DNA from: Longimicrobiales bacterium
GTDB taxonomy: Bacteria; Gemmatimonadota; Gemmatimonadetes; Longimicrobiales; Gaopeijiaceae
Length of the DNA stretch: 64,000 nt
Assembly: GCA_965238005.1 (NCBI GenBank)
Contig: OZ250165.1
Span: 3,360,001 to 3,424,000 of the forward strand
Reading direction: 5' to 3'
Shown here: piece after piece, positions 48,569 to 57,256 of the stretch
Layout of the letters: every line of letters starts with the position of its first letter
Position numbering within the stretch: position 1 is the first letter of the stretch
The notes under the pieces: generated by a model
The model's input: only the letters and a program-made list of their open reading frames with translations
The model's database searches: none
What the model was told of the DNA's origin: nothing
Made by a program: the position numbers and the translations under genes

Positions 48569-48734
48569 CCAGTGTGGTGTATCAGAAGTCATGCTGCCAT
48601 TCGGACGCGGCCGCATCCCGCATCTCTGCGTTGCTTCTCCTCGAAATAGCGGTGCTATTCCTCGTCGTCGCGCCTTGATCTGCGGGCGCGGACGCGCCCT
48701 CGGTGGCTACCAGACGTCTAATACACCACACTTG
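48569..48734. mobile_element. 166-bp MITE-like element E with decayed CTAG ends and 22-bp imperfect terminal inverted repeats
   Basis: CCAGTGTGGTGTATCAGAAGTC ... GACGTCTAATACACCACACTTG. A 23-bp block at 48653-48675 is identical to 24278-24300. Confidence 0.7.
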
Positions 48735-48806
48735 TACCGGCGAACAAGCTAACCTTCGTATTTTTCCGACAGCAACCGAACATCGCATACACCGAGGGCA
48801 TGCTCT

Positions 48807-50015
48807 TTGAACCTTCTCGAGCAGGCCAGATTGATGGCCCCCGATCTGGTGGAGATACGCCGCGACCTGCACCGGCATCCGGAACTCTCCTTTCAGGAGG
48901 TGCGCACCGCCGGCATCGCGGCGAGAGCCATGGAGGCCCTGGGGTGCCGGGTCCGAACCGAGGTAGGCATCACGGGAGTGGTGGCCGACCTCGACAACGG
49001 CGCGGGTCCCACGGTCGCCCTCCGGGCCGACATGGACGCCCTCCCCATTCAGGAGACGAACACCCACGACTTCGTCTCGCAGAATCCCGGAGTCATGCAC
49101 GCTTGTGGCCACGACGCCCACGTGGCCGGACTGATCGGGGCGGCAAGGCTGCTGGCTCGGGAGCGTGACGAGGGCCGGCTCCCGCCGGGCTCCGTCCGGT
49201 TCCTCTTCCAGCCCTCCGAGGAGCGGACGGACGAGGAGGGCAAGAGCGGCGCGATGCGCATGGTGGACGAGGGAGTCATGGACGGGGTCGCCGCCGTCAC
49301 CGGGCTCCATATCGCGTCGGTGCTCCCCTCGGGGAAGCTCTTCTTCCGGGCGGGCCCCCTGATGGCGGGCACCGAGGAGATCCAGGTGGAGGTCCGGGGC
49401 GAGAGCGGCCACGCCGCTCGGCCCGACCTCGGCGTGGACGCGCTCGTGCTGGCGGCCCAGGGGATCGTCACCGCACAGCAGGCCGTCTCCCGCGGCCTCT
49501 CGCCCACGGAAGCAGGCGTGCTCACCTTCGGCCGCATCGAGGGGGGCACTGCGAACAACGTGTTGGCCGACCGGGTCACGATCGAGGGGACCATGCGGTT
49601 CTTCTCCGAGGACGTGCGGGATCGGCTTTGCCGCCACCTGAAGGCATCCTTCGGCATGCTCGAGGCCCTCGGGGCCAAGGTGACGGTCCGCATCGGCCCC
49701 GGTTATCCGCCTGTGGTCAACGATGCCCGAATCACGGAGTGGGTGCAGGCAGCCGCCGTCGACCTCGTGGGCGACGACGCCACGCTGCCCGCCGAGCCGA
49801 CGACCTTTGCGGAGGACTTCTCCTTCCTGGCGCGCGAAGCACCGGGCACCTTCTTCTTGCTGGGAGCCGCACCTCCCGAGCCGCGGATTCACCACCGGCC
49901 CGACTTCGATATTGACGAATCCGCCATCCCCGTGGGCGCCGCCACGCTGGCCGCCGGCGCCGTCCGACTCCTTCGCGAGATGGCCGGAGGTACTGACACC
50001 GAGGAGGATGACTGA
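48807..50015 (+). CDS. M20D family amidohydrolase
   Basis: RRDLHRHPELSFQE, LRADMDALP, MHACGHDAH, FQPSEE, GHAA and AEDFS motifs. Confidence 0.92.
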   Translation: MNLLEQARLMAPDLVEIRRDLHRHPELSFQEVRTAGIAARAMEALGCRVRTEVGITGVVADLDNGAGPTVALRADMDALPIQETNTHDFVSQNPGVMHACGHDAHVAGLIGAARLLARERDEGRLPPGSVRFLFQPSEERTDEEGKSGAMRMVDEGVMDGVAAVTGLHIASVLPSGKLFFRAGPLMAGTEEIQVEVRGESGHAARPDLGVDALVLAAQGIVTAQQAVSRGLSPTEAGVLTFGRIEGGTANNVLADRVTIEGTMRFFSEDVRDRLCRHLKASFGMLEALGAKVTVRIGPGYPPVVNDARITEWVQAAAVDLVGDDATLPAEPTTFAEDFSFLAREAPGTFFLLGAAPPEPRIHHRPDFDIDESAIPVGAATLAAGAVRLLREMAGGTDTEEDD

Positions 50016-50017
50016 AG

Positions 50018-51841
50018 ATGAAGGAGCTCCGTACCCTCCTGCCGTACTTCCGGCCATACCGGAAGGGTGTCGTTGCGGGGCTCGTTCTGGTGGTGATCAG
50101 CAACCTCTTCACCGTGGCCACCCCCTACCTCGTGAAGCTGGCCATCGACGCTCTGGGTGATCCCGAGGTGACGGCCGCTCGGATCACCACCTACGCGCTG
50201 CTGATCGTCGGGGTGGCAATCCTCGGAGGGGCCGCAAAGTTCGGGATGCGTGAGCTGCTCAATGGGCTGAGCCGTCGCATCGAGTGCGATCTCCGGAATG
50301 ACTTCTTCAAGCACCTCCTACGGCTGGACGCCGCATTCTACGGGTCGGTCCGCACCGGCGACCTCATGGCGCGGGCGACAAACGACACCCTGGCGGTTCG
50401 CATGGCCGCAGGCCCGGCCATCATGTACTCGGTGAACACGGCGGTGAGCTTTCTCCTCGCCCTGGGCTTCATGCTCTGGATTAGCCCGCGCCTCACGGTC
50501 TACGCGTTGATCCCGATGGTCGTCCTCCCTCCTGTGGTCTTCACCTTCGCTCGGGTCATCCACGCCCGGTTCGAGGAGATCCAGGAGCAGTTCTCCACCC
50601 TTTCGACGATGGTGCAGGAGAACCTGACCGGCGTGCGAATCGTCCGGGCTTACGTGCAGGAAGAGTCGCAGGCGCAGCACTTCGACGAGCTCAACAGCCA
50701 GTACATGGGACGGAACATGGGCCTGGTGAAGGTGGCGGGTCTATTCCACCCGATCCTCGCCCTCTTCTCGGGCGCGGGCATGGTGATCGTGCTCTGGCTC
50801 GGCGGACTGGAGGTTATCGCCGGCCGCCTCACCATCGGCGCCTTCGTGGCCTTCGAGATCTATCTGGCGCTGCTCATCTGGCCACTCATCGCCCTGGGGT
50901 GGGTGGTGAACCTTTACCAGAGGGGCGCCGCAAGCATGGGTCGCATCAACAAGATCCTGTTCACCGAGCCCGATATCCGGGCCCCGGAGCATCCCACTCG
51001 CCTCGAGAAGCCTCGGGGGGAGATCGAGTTTCGGAACGTGTCCTTCCGATATCCGGGCACCGAGCGTCTGGTCTTGGAGGACGTTTCCTTCGTGGCGAAG
51101 CTCGGTGAGACCGTTGCCGTGGTAGGCCCGACCGGCGCGGGAAAGACGACCCTCGTCTCGCTGATCCCGCGGATCTATGACGCCACCGAAGGCGAGGTGC
51201 TGGTGGACGGGATCGGGGTCACGGAGCTGGACCCGGACGAGCTGCGCACTTTCATCGGCATGGTGCCCCAGGACCCGTTCCTGTTCTCCACGACGATTGA
51301 GGAGAACATCGGACTGGGCCTTCCGGGAGACCAGTGGGCGCTGGACGAGCCCCAGGTCCAAGATGCCCCGGAGGGGCCGCTCGAAGATCCGGACGAGGCC
51401 GTTGCCGAAGCGGCTCGCATCGCCCAGCTCGACGAGTCGATCCGGGGCTTCCCGAAGGGCTACGGGACGTATCTCGGTGAGCGGGGCATCAATCTCTCAG
51501 GAGGACAGAAACAGCGCGCGACCCTGGCCCGTGCCGTGGCTCGCGACCCTGCCATCCTGATTCTCGACGATGCGCTGAGCGCTGTCGACACCCACACGGA
51601 AGCCCTTATCCTGGACGACCTGGCTCGGGTGATGGCCGGACGGACGTCATTCATCATCAGCCACCGGGTCTCGGCGGTCATGAACGCCGACCTCATCCTG
51701 GTCCTCGACGACAGCCGGATCGTCGAGCGGGGCCGGCATGCGGAGTTGATGGCCCTGGGCGGCACCTACGCGACACTCCTCCGCCGGCAGATGCTGGAGC
51801 TGGACATCGAGTCCACCGTGGTGGGGACCGCCGGGGATTGA
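50018..51841 (+). CDS. ABC exporter, fused permease/ATPase (MdlA-like)
   Basis: TM domain with TGDLMARATND, then GPTGAGKT, LSGGQKQR, LILDDALSAVD and ISHR. Confidence 0.92.
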   Translation: MKELRTLLPYFRPYRKGVVAGLVLVVISNLFTVATPYLVKLAIDALGDPEVTAARITTYALLIVGVAILGGAAKFGMRELLNGLSRRIECDLRNDFFKHLLRLDAAFYGSVRTGDLMARATNDTLAVRMAAGPAIMYSVNTAVSFLLALGFMLWISPRLTVYALIPMVVLPPVVFTFARVIHARFEEIQEQFSTLSTMVQENLTGVRIVRAYVQEESQAQHFDELNSQYMGRNMGLVKVAGLFHPILALFSGAGMVIVLWLGGLEVIAGRLTIGAFVAFEIYLALLIWPLIALGWVVNLYQRGAASMGRINKILFTEPDIRAPEHPTRLEKPRGEIEFRNVSFRYPGTERLVLEDVSFVAKLGETVAVVGPTGAGKTTLVSLIPRIYDATEGEVLVDGIGVTELDPDELRTFIGMVPQDPFLFSTTIEENIGLGLPGDQWALDEPQVQDAPEGPLEDPDEAVAEAARIAQLDESIRGFPKGYGTYLGERGINLSGGQKQRATLARAVARDPAILILDDALSAVDTHTEALILDDLARVMAGRTSFIISHRVSAVMNADLILVLDDSRIVERGRHAELMALGGTYATLLRRQMLELDIESTVVGTAGD

Positions 51842-51847
51842 GAAGCG

Positions 51848-52576
51848 CTAGATCCTCTCCAGCACCCACTCCGGTGTGAAGCGCACCAAGTACGAGCTCA
51901 GGATCGTGAACGAGCCCGTCGCCAGCAGCAGCCCCAGGATGATGAGCATCGCACCCGAGGCCTTCTCCACGACCGGAAGGAAACGCCGGAACCTGGAGAA
52001 CGCCCCCAGAAAGAGGTCCAAAGCCAGGGCAGCGATCAGGAAGGGGATGGCCAGTCCCAGGGAGTACACGCTCAGGAGAATCACCCCCGACCAAACCGTG
52101 TCCTGCGTGCCCGCCAGAGTGAGGATAGCGCCGAGGACCGGACCGATGCAGGGCGTCCACCCTGCTCCGAAGGCGGCGCCGACACCCAGCGTGCCCACGT
52201 ATCCAGCCGGCCTGTCGTTCACGTGAACCCGCCGCTCGCGCATGAGCGGAGCGATGCGGAAGACGCCTATGAGGTGGAGTCCCAGAATGATGATGAGGAC
52301 GCCGCCGATTCGGGCGATCCACACCTCATAGTAGCGGAGGAACACCCCCAGGAACGAGGCCGAGGCCCCCAGCGTGATGAAGATGATGCTGAAGCCCGAC
52401 ACGAACAGAAGGGAGTGGATGAGGGTCGCCTTGCGATCCACCCCCTCCTGGAGGTCCTCCAACGACATCCCCGTCACGAACGACAGGTAGCTCGGCACCA
52501 GCGGCAGGACACACGGTGACAGGAACGACAAGACTCCCGCCATCAACGCAACGACAACACTAACCGATCCGGTCAT
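51848..52576 (-). CDS. ccdA: Cytochrome c biogenesis protein CcdA
   Basis: AGVLSFLSPCVLPLVPSY, GWTPCIGPVL and YSLGLAIPF motifs. Confidence 0.9.
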   Translation of the reverse strand: MTGSVSVVVALMAGVLSFLSPCVLPLVPSYLSFVTGMSLEDLQEGVDRKATLIHSLLFVSGFSIIFITLGASASFLGVFLRYYEVWIARIGGVLIIILGLHLIGVFRIAPLMRERRVHVNDRPAGYVGTLGVGAAFGAGWTPCIGPVLGAILTLAGTQDTVWSGVILLSVYSLGLAIPFLIAALALDLFLGAFSRFRRFLPVVEKASGAMLIILGLLLATGSFTILSSYLVRFTPEWVLERI

Positions 52577-54227
52577 CTATCTTCCTGGTGATTCCACTCT
52601 CGATGGGTTCGGAAGCCAAGTCGTCCGCACCCTCGGCAGCCACGTATCGGGCACGCATCCGGTGCCAGATAGCCCGAACCCCCGTGACCACCCCCAGCCA
52701 CACCAGTACGAACGCCCCGGCCCACCCGAACACTCTCGGGAAGAAGCCGACGATGGCGGCCGCCGCGATCGCCATGATCGAGACGGTCCCGAGGATCGTC
52801 CGATCTTCCCGCTCCAAGGTGCGGTGGCCGGCCAGGGCTCCTCCGAAGGAAGCGCCGGCGCGCATGAAGTGGGCGAGCCGCCACGGTCTGGTGGAGCCTC
52901 CCGTGTCCATCAGGGCTTCGAGCCGCTGAGTCAGTCCCCCCTCGGGCTCGAGCGGGGTCTTGGGAATTTCGCTGCATGTGGGTAGGTGCTCGGCCTGCGT
53001 AACGGTGCGTATGCTTCGACTCCCGGGGAGCACGATCTCGGATGAAGACGCCAGATCCGCGAGGAACAGGCCCTCGAGCTGCCCGGCAAGTGACGCATCC
53101 ATAACGCCGACGTCTATCTCCCAGTTCCCCAAGAGACTCCAGGCGTTCAGGTTGCTGGAGCCCACCCGACACCAGAGCCCGTCGGCCACCGCGGTCTTCG
53201 CGTGGATCATGGCACCCTGCCACTCGAAGAGGCGAACTCCGTGATCCAGCAAGTGGCGGTATCCGGCCCTCGACAGGCTTCCGACCAGAGGCCAGTTGTT
53301 GTTCGCAGGCACCAGTAGCCGGACGTCGACTCCTGCGTGGGCCGCCTCGGTCATGGCCTCGGCGACGATGCCCGGGGCCACGAAGTAGGGATCCGTTATC
53401 CACAGGCGCTCCTGGGCCATGGCGGCCACGAGCGTGAGGGTCCGCATCACCCGGCTTCGCCGGGGCTCGCCCTCGATGAGCCAGACGGACGTATCCCCTG
53501 CCGGGTCCGTCCGCCCTTCCAGGGCATGGGTCGGGAGGGGCTCCCCCATGACGTCCCATATGCGTCCGAACGCCCGGGCAGCCACCCCGGCCGCCGGTCC
53601 CCGGATCTCCACCCCGGTGTCACGCCAGGGAGGCTCGTCACGACTGCCCGCCCACTCCTGGCCCACACAGAAGCCCCCGGCGAAGGCCACCTCGCCATCC
53701 ACGACCACTAACTTCCGGTGATCCCGCTGGAAGATGCCGTAGGGGTCACGAACGGACGGGCGGTTGAAGGCCCGAACCTCGATGCCCGCCTGCCGGAACG
53801 GCTTCCAATAGCGGCGGGGCGTCGCCCAGCAGCCCAACCAGTCGTAGAGCAACCGGACTTCGACGCCCTGCCGTGCCTTCTCGATCAGGACGTCACGGAA
53901 GACCCGTCCGACGTTGTCGTTCCTGAGGATGTAGTTCTCGAAGTGGACGTATCGGTTGGCGCCCTCGATGGCTTCGATCCAGGCATCGAACGTGACGGGG
54001 CCGTCGAACTGGAGCCCCACCGCGTTTCCCGCGATCTCCGGCGATCCTGTGGCACGGGCGAGCATGTCCGCACTCATCCCCGGCAAGCCACCTCTTGCGG
54101 AGGCCGAAGACTCGACCACGGGCTGGCGTGATGCTCCACCCGTGGTCCGGCCAGGCTCTTCCGGCATTGACGGGATCGCGGTGTCGTCAGGTGGATTCAT
54201 CGAGATCGTTGGTCGACGGATTGTCAC
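52560..54227 (-). CDS. Phospholipase D family cardiolipin-synthase-like protein with C-terminal TM extension
   Basis: Two HKD motifs (HRKLVVVD, HAKTAVAD), plus WRDT and GSSNL. Confidence 0.85.
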   Translation of the reverse strand: MTIRRPTISMNPPDDTAIPSMPEEPGRTTGGASRQPVVESSASARGGLPGMSADMLARATGSPEIAGNAVGLQFDGPVTFDAWIEAIEGANRYVHFENYILRNDNVGRVFRDVLIEKARQGVEVRLLYDWLGCWATPRRYWKPFRQAGIEVRAFNRPSVRDPYGIFQRDHRKLVVVDGEVAFAGGFCVGQEWAGSRDEPPWRDTGVEIRGPAAGVAARAFGRIWDVMGEPLPTHALEGRTDPAGDTSVWLIEGEPRRSRVMRTLTLVAAMAQERLWITDPYFVAPGIVAEAMTEAAHAGVDVRLLVPANNNWPLVGSLSRAGYRHLLDHGVRLFEWQGAMIHAKTAVADGLWCRVGSSNLNAWSLLGNWEIDVGVMDASLAGQLEGLFLADLASSSEIVLPGSRSIRTVTQAEHLPTCSEIPKTPLEPEGGLTQRLEALMDTGGSTRPWRLAHFMRAGASFGGALAGHRTLEREDRTILGTVSIMAIAAAAIVGFFPRVFGWAGAFVLVWLGVVTGVRAIWHRMRARYVAAEGADDLASEPIESGITRKIDDRIG

Positions 54228-55201
54228 TCGCCTTCGAAGCGGTACCCAATGAGCTTATACACCAGCTTGGCCACAAGAAAGTCCGGGGCATGCACGCCGG
54301 GAGTGGGGGCGAGCTCCACCACGTCGCAGGCGACGACCCTTCTCTCGCGGAACACGCGCCTCAGGAAGCGGAGGGTCCGATACCAGTCCCCTCCCCCCGG
54401 CTCCGGAGTTCCCGTGGAAGGCACCAGGGAGGGGTCGAAGTAGTCCACATCGAAGGTCAGGTAGACCGGTTCGCCCAGGGCTGCCAGGGCGCGATCCATC
54501 CAGGTGTCATCCTCCCACATCTCGTCGGCCCAGATCAGGGTGATCCCCTCGTGTGCGTCGGCCACCCCCACCTCTTCCTCGCTCACCCCACGGACTCCCA
54601 CCGACACCAGGTCCGCCACGTCCAGGATGCGGGCCATGGCGCAGGCATGCGAGTGGGCCGTGCCCTCGAACTCGGCTCTGAGGTCCGCGTGTGCGTCGAG
54701 CTGAAGCACGTTGAGGCGCTCGACCCGAGCGGCCTGGGCTCGGATGGCCGGAGCCGAGACGGTGTGTTCCCCGCCGAGCATGATCAGGAACCGGTCCTGG
54801 GCCACTTCAGCCACCCGGACGTACGCGCTCCCTAGCTCGGCCATGGCGGCAGGGGCACCGTCACGGCTCAGCTCCAGAGCCGGAAGTGTATGGATCCCCA
54901 CCGTCGAAGGGTCGGTCCCGAGCTCCTGGTCGTAGAGCTCTATGTACCGTGACGCCTCGATGATGGCGCCGGGCCCGCTTCGTGCTCCGCCCCCGTAGCT
55001 GGTCGTGGTCTCGTAGGGGACGGGTAGGATCACCGCCCTGCACTTCCCGAAGTCGGTGGCCTCCTCGTCCAGCCCCAGGAAGGTGTGCGGCAGCTCCCAC
55101 GGTAGATCCGAGAGCCCCGGAGGCAGCCGTCCTGGCTGCTCTGGATCGCCCTCGGGCTCGAAGCCTCGACCGGGAGTTCGGGAAGATCGGCGATTGGGCA
55201 C
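54224..55201 (-). CDS. speB: Agmatinase (start uncertain)
   Basis: PYETTTSY..G...GP, LGGEH, DAHADLR, TFDVDYFDP..VPSTGTPEPGG and DVVEL motifs. Confidence 0.88.
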   Translation of the reverse strand: MPNRRSSRTPGRGFEPEGDPEQPGRLPPGLSDLPWELPHTFLGLDEEATDFGKCRAVILPVPYETTTSYGGGARSGPGAIIEASRYIELYDQELGTDPSTVGIHTLPALELSRDGAPAAMAELGSAYVRVAEVAQDRFLIMLGGEHTVSAPAIRAQAARVERLNVLQLDAHADLRAEFEGTAHSHACAMARILDVADLVSVGVRGVSEEEVGVADAHEGITLIWADEMWEDDTWMDRALAALGEPVYLTFDVDYFDPSLVPSTGTPEPGGGDWYRTLRFLRRVFRERRVVACDVVELAPTPGVHAPDFLVAKLVYKLIGYRFEGE

Positions 55202-55223
55202 GGAAGGGATGTGGTGGGTGCGG

Positions 55224-55724
55224 CTACAGGGTCTCGATGGGGCAGGACAGCCCCTCGGGCGTGAGCTCGATCCCGGCCTCCGAGCACTCTTTGCAGAGGC
55301 CGTAGATCTCCAGCTTGTGGTGGGCGGGCCGAAAGCCATGTCGTGCGGTGACGAGGGCCTCGATCCGGGGAAGATCCGGGCTCTGGAACTCGAGGACCTT
55401 GCCACAATTGAGGCAGATCAGATGCGCGTGAATCGGCTCCGGTGAAAGGCGGTGCTCGTACCGCTTGAAGCCCTCTCCGAAATCGTGCTCGGCCACCAGC
55501 TTGCTCTTCACGAGCAGGTCCAGCGTCCGGTAGATGGTTGCCTTTCCGATCCGCTGCCCGCTCGAGCGAAGGACTCGCTCGATCTCGTCCACCGAGAGGT
55601 GCTCGTCCGAGCCGAAGACGACCTTCGCCACAGCCTCCCGTTGATGTGTGACGGGCAGGCTCTGCTCCCTCAGGTATCGTCCGAAGAGTCGGACGAAGGG
55701 TGACGGATCGTGGAGCGTCTTCAC
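55224..55724 (-). CDS. Fur family transcriptional regulator
   Basis: THQREAV, HLSVDE, ATIYRTL, HAHLICLNCG and YGLCKEC motifs. Confidence 0.92.
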   Translation of the reverse strand: MKTLHDPSPFVRLFGRYLREQSLPVTHQREAVAKVVFGSDEHLSVDEIERVLRSSGQRIGKATIYRTLDLLVKSKLVAEHDFGEGFKRYEHRLSPEPIHAHLICLNCGKVLEFQSPDLPRIEALVTARHGFRPAHHKLEIYGLCKECSEAGIELTPEGLSCPIETL

Positions 55725-56140
55725 GTCTCACTGCTCTCCAGAAGCGACGGGTCGAACTCGTTCATCAACTCCTGAAACTTGTCGGGGTCGCCGGCGATCT
55801 CCACCGTCCGGGGCTCACCGAGGTCGACTTGGCTTCTCCGTACTACCCCGATCATGACCCCGGGGAGCCGATCGGGCGGTGCTTGGCCTTCCTCAGCCAT
55901 CCCCGCGTCCACGGTAAGGCTCGTTCCCGATCTCTCCGCCGAGTACTGGGCCGTGTAGAGGCGCCTCGCGCCGCCGTCGGCGAAGCAACTGGCGGCAACG
56001 AGGCCCCACTCCCTCCTTCCGCGAATCAGCGGAGGGAATACCCAGAGGCGGTCAATCTCTCCGGCGCCCAGGCTGCGAGCCACCAGCTGTAGCGTCCTGG
56101 GGATGGCCTCCGGCACTCCCGGACCACGATCATCCTTCAC
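55721..56140 (-). CDS. Hypothetical protein
   Basis: GTG after GGAGAG. The stop overlaps the Fur start (GTGA). Confidence 0.6.
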   Translation of the reverse strand: MKDDRGPGVPEAIPRTLQLVARSLGAGEIDRLWVFPPLIRGRREWGLVAASCFADGGARRLYTAQYSAERSGTSLTVDAGMAEEGQAPPDRLPGVMIGVVRRSQVDLGEPRTVEIAGDPDKFQELMNEFDPSLLESSET

Positions 56141-56220
56141 GAAGTCTCTCCACGCTGCCTGCCCGGGGAGACGCAGCTTCCACCGGGGAGGCGGCATTCC
56201 GACCGGCTAACGCTTGTATC

Positions 56221-57246
56221 TTACCCCTCGGCGCCCAATCGCTCCACGGCCGCGAGGGTCGCGGCTACGACCTCACTGCGGACCTCCTCCAGCTTCCCCT
56301 CCACCAGTGCCCCGGAAGCGCGGACGTGACCGCCACCAGCGAAGCGGCGGGCCAGCTCGTTCACGTCCACTGCGCCGTTGGAGCGGAACGAGACCTTGAT
56401 ACCACCTTTGGTTGTTCTCCGAAAGAGGAGACCGACCTCCACCCCCTCCACGGAGCGTGGGTAGTCCACCAGTCCCTCGATGTCGTCGGAGGTGGCGCCC
56501 AGCTCCTCGTAATCCTTGGACGGCACGGTCATCCATGCGACTCGGGAGCCGGGGTCGACTTCGAGCTCTCCGAGGGCACTCTGCAGCAGCCGCAGCCGTC
56601 GATGCGAAGACGCACCGTAGACACGGCGGTACGTGTCCCCGGGGCTCACGCCCCGCTGGAGAAGCTCGGCCACGATGTTGTGGCTCGACGGAGTGGAGTT
56701 GCTGAAGCGAAACGATCCGGTGTCGGTGAGGATTGCCACGTACATGGCCAGATCGGCCGCAGCGGGCCACGGTCCCCCGGCCCTCAGGATGATATCGAAC
56801 ACGAGCTCGCCCGTGGCGCACGCAGTGGGATCGCGGAACGAGACACCCGCGATGGGTTGATCTCCGTGAGGGTGGTGGTCGACGACGATCGTAGTGAGCC
56901 CGTCGATGAGCGGCTTTACTCGCCCGATGCGCGGCGCCTCACCCGTGTCCAGCACGAGGGCTACGTCGGCGCCGTCACAGAGCTCCCGAGCCTCCGGTGC
57001 CGACGGATTCACCACCCACGACTCGTCCGGGACGACGAAGCGGAGCGACTGCGGCACCGGGGTCGGATTCACGATATGCGCTTCGGTCCCCCGGGCGCGC
57101 AGCCACGCAGCCAGCGCAATCTCGGATCCGATACCATCCCCGTCAGCGTTGATATGCGTGGTGAGGATGGCCGTCTCTATTCCGTCCAAGGCGTCCAGGA
57201 CCGCCTCGACGGCCGTGGACCTGGATTCTGGAGTCTGGTAGGTCAT
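56221..57246 (-). CDS. DHH/DHHA1 phosphoesterase (NrnA-like)
   Basis: HINADGDGIGS, VDHH, TDTGSF, KVSFRS and GGGHVRASG motifs. Confidence 0.92.
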   Translation of the reverse strand: MTYQTPESRSTAVEAVLDALDGIETAILTTHINADGDGIGSEIALAAWLRARGTEAHIVNPTPVPQSLRFVVPDESWVVNPSAPEARELCDGADVALVLDTGEAPRIGRVKPLIDGLTTIVVDHHPHGDQPIAGVSFRDPTACATGELVFDIILRAGGPWPAAADLAMYVAILTDTGSFRFSNSTPSSHNIVAELLQRGVSPGDTYRRVYGASSHRRLRLLQSALGELEVDPGSRVAWMTVPSKDYEELGATSDDIEGLVDYPRSVEGVEVGLLFRRTTKGGIKVSFRSNGAVDVNELARRFAGGGHVRASGALVEGKLEEVRSEVVAATLAAVERLGAEG

Positions 57247-57256
57247 GGACCGATCG

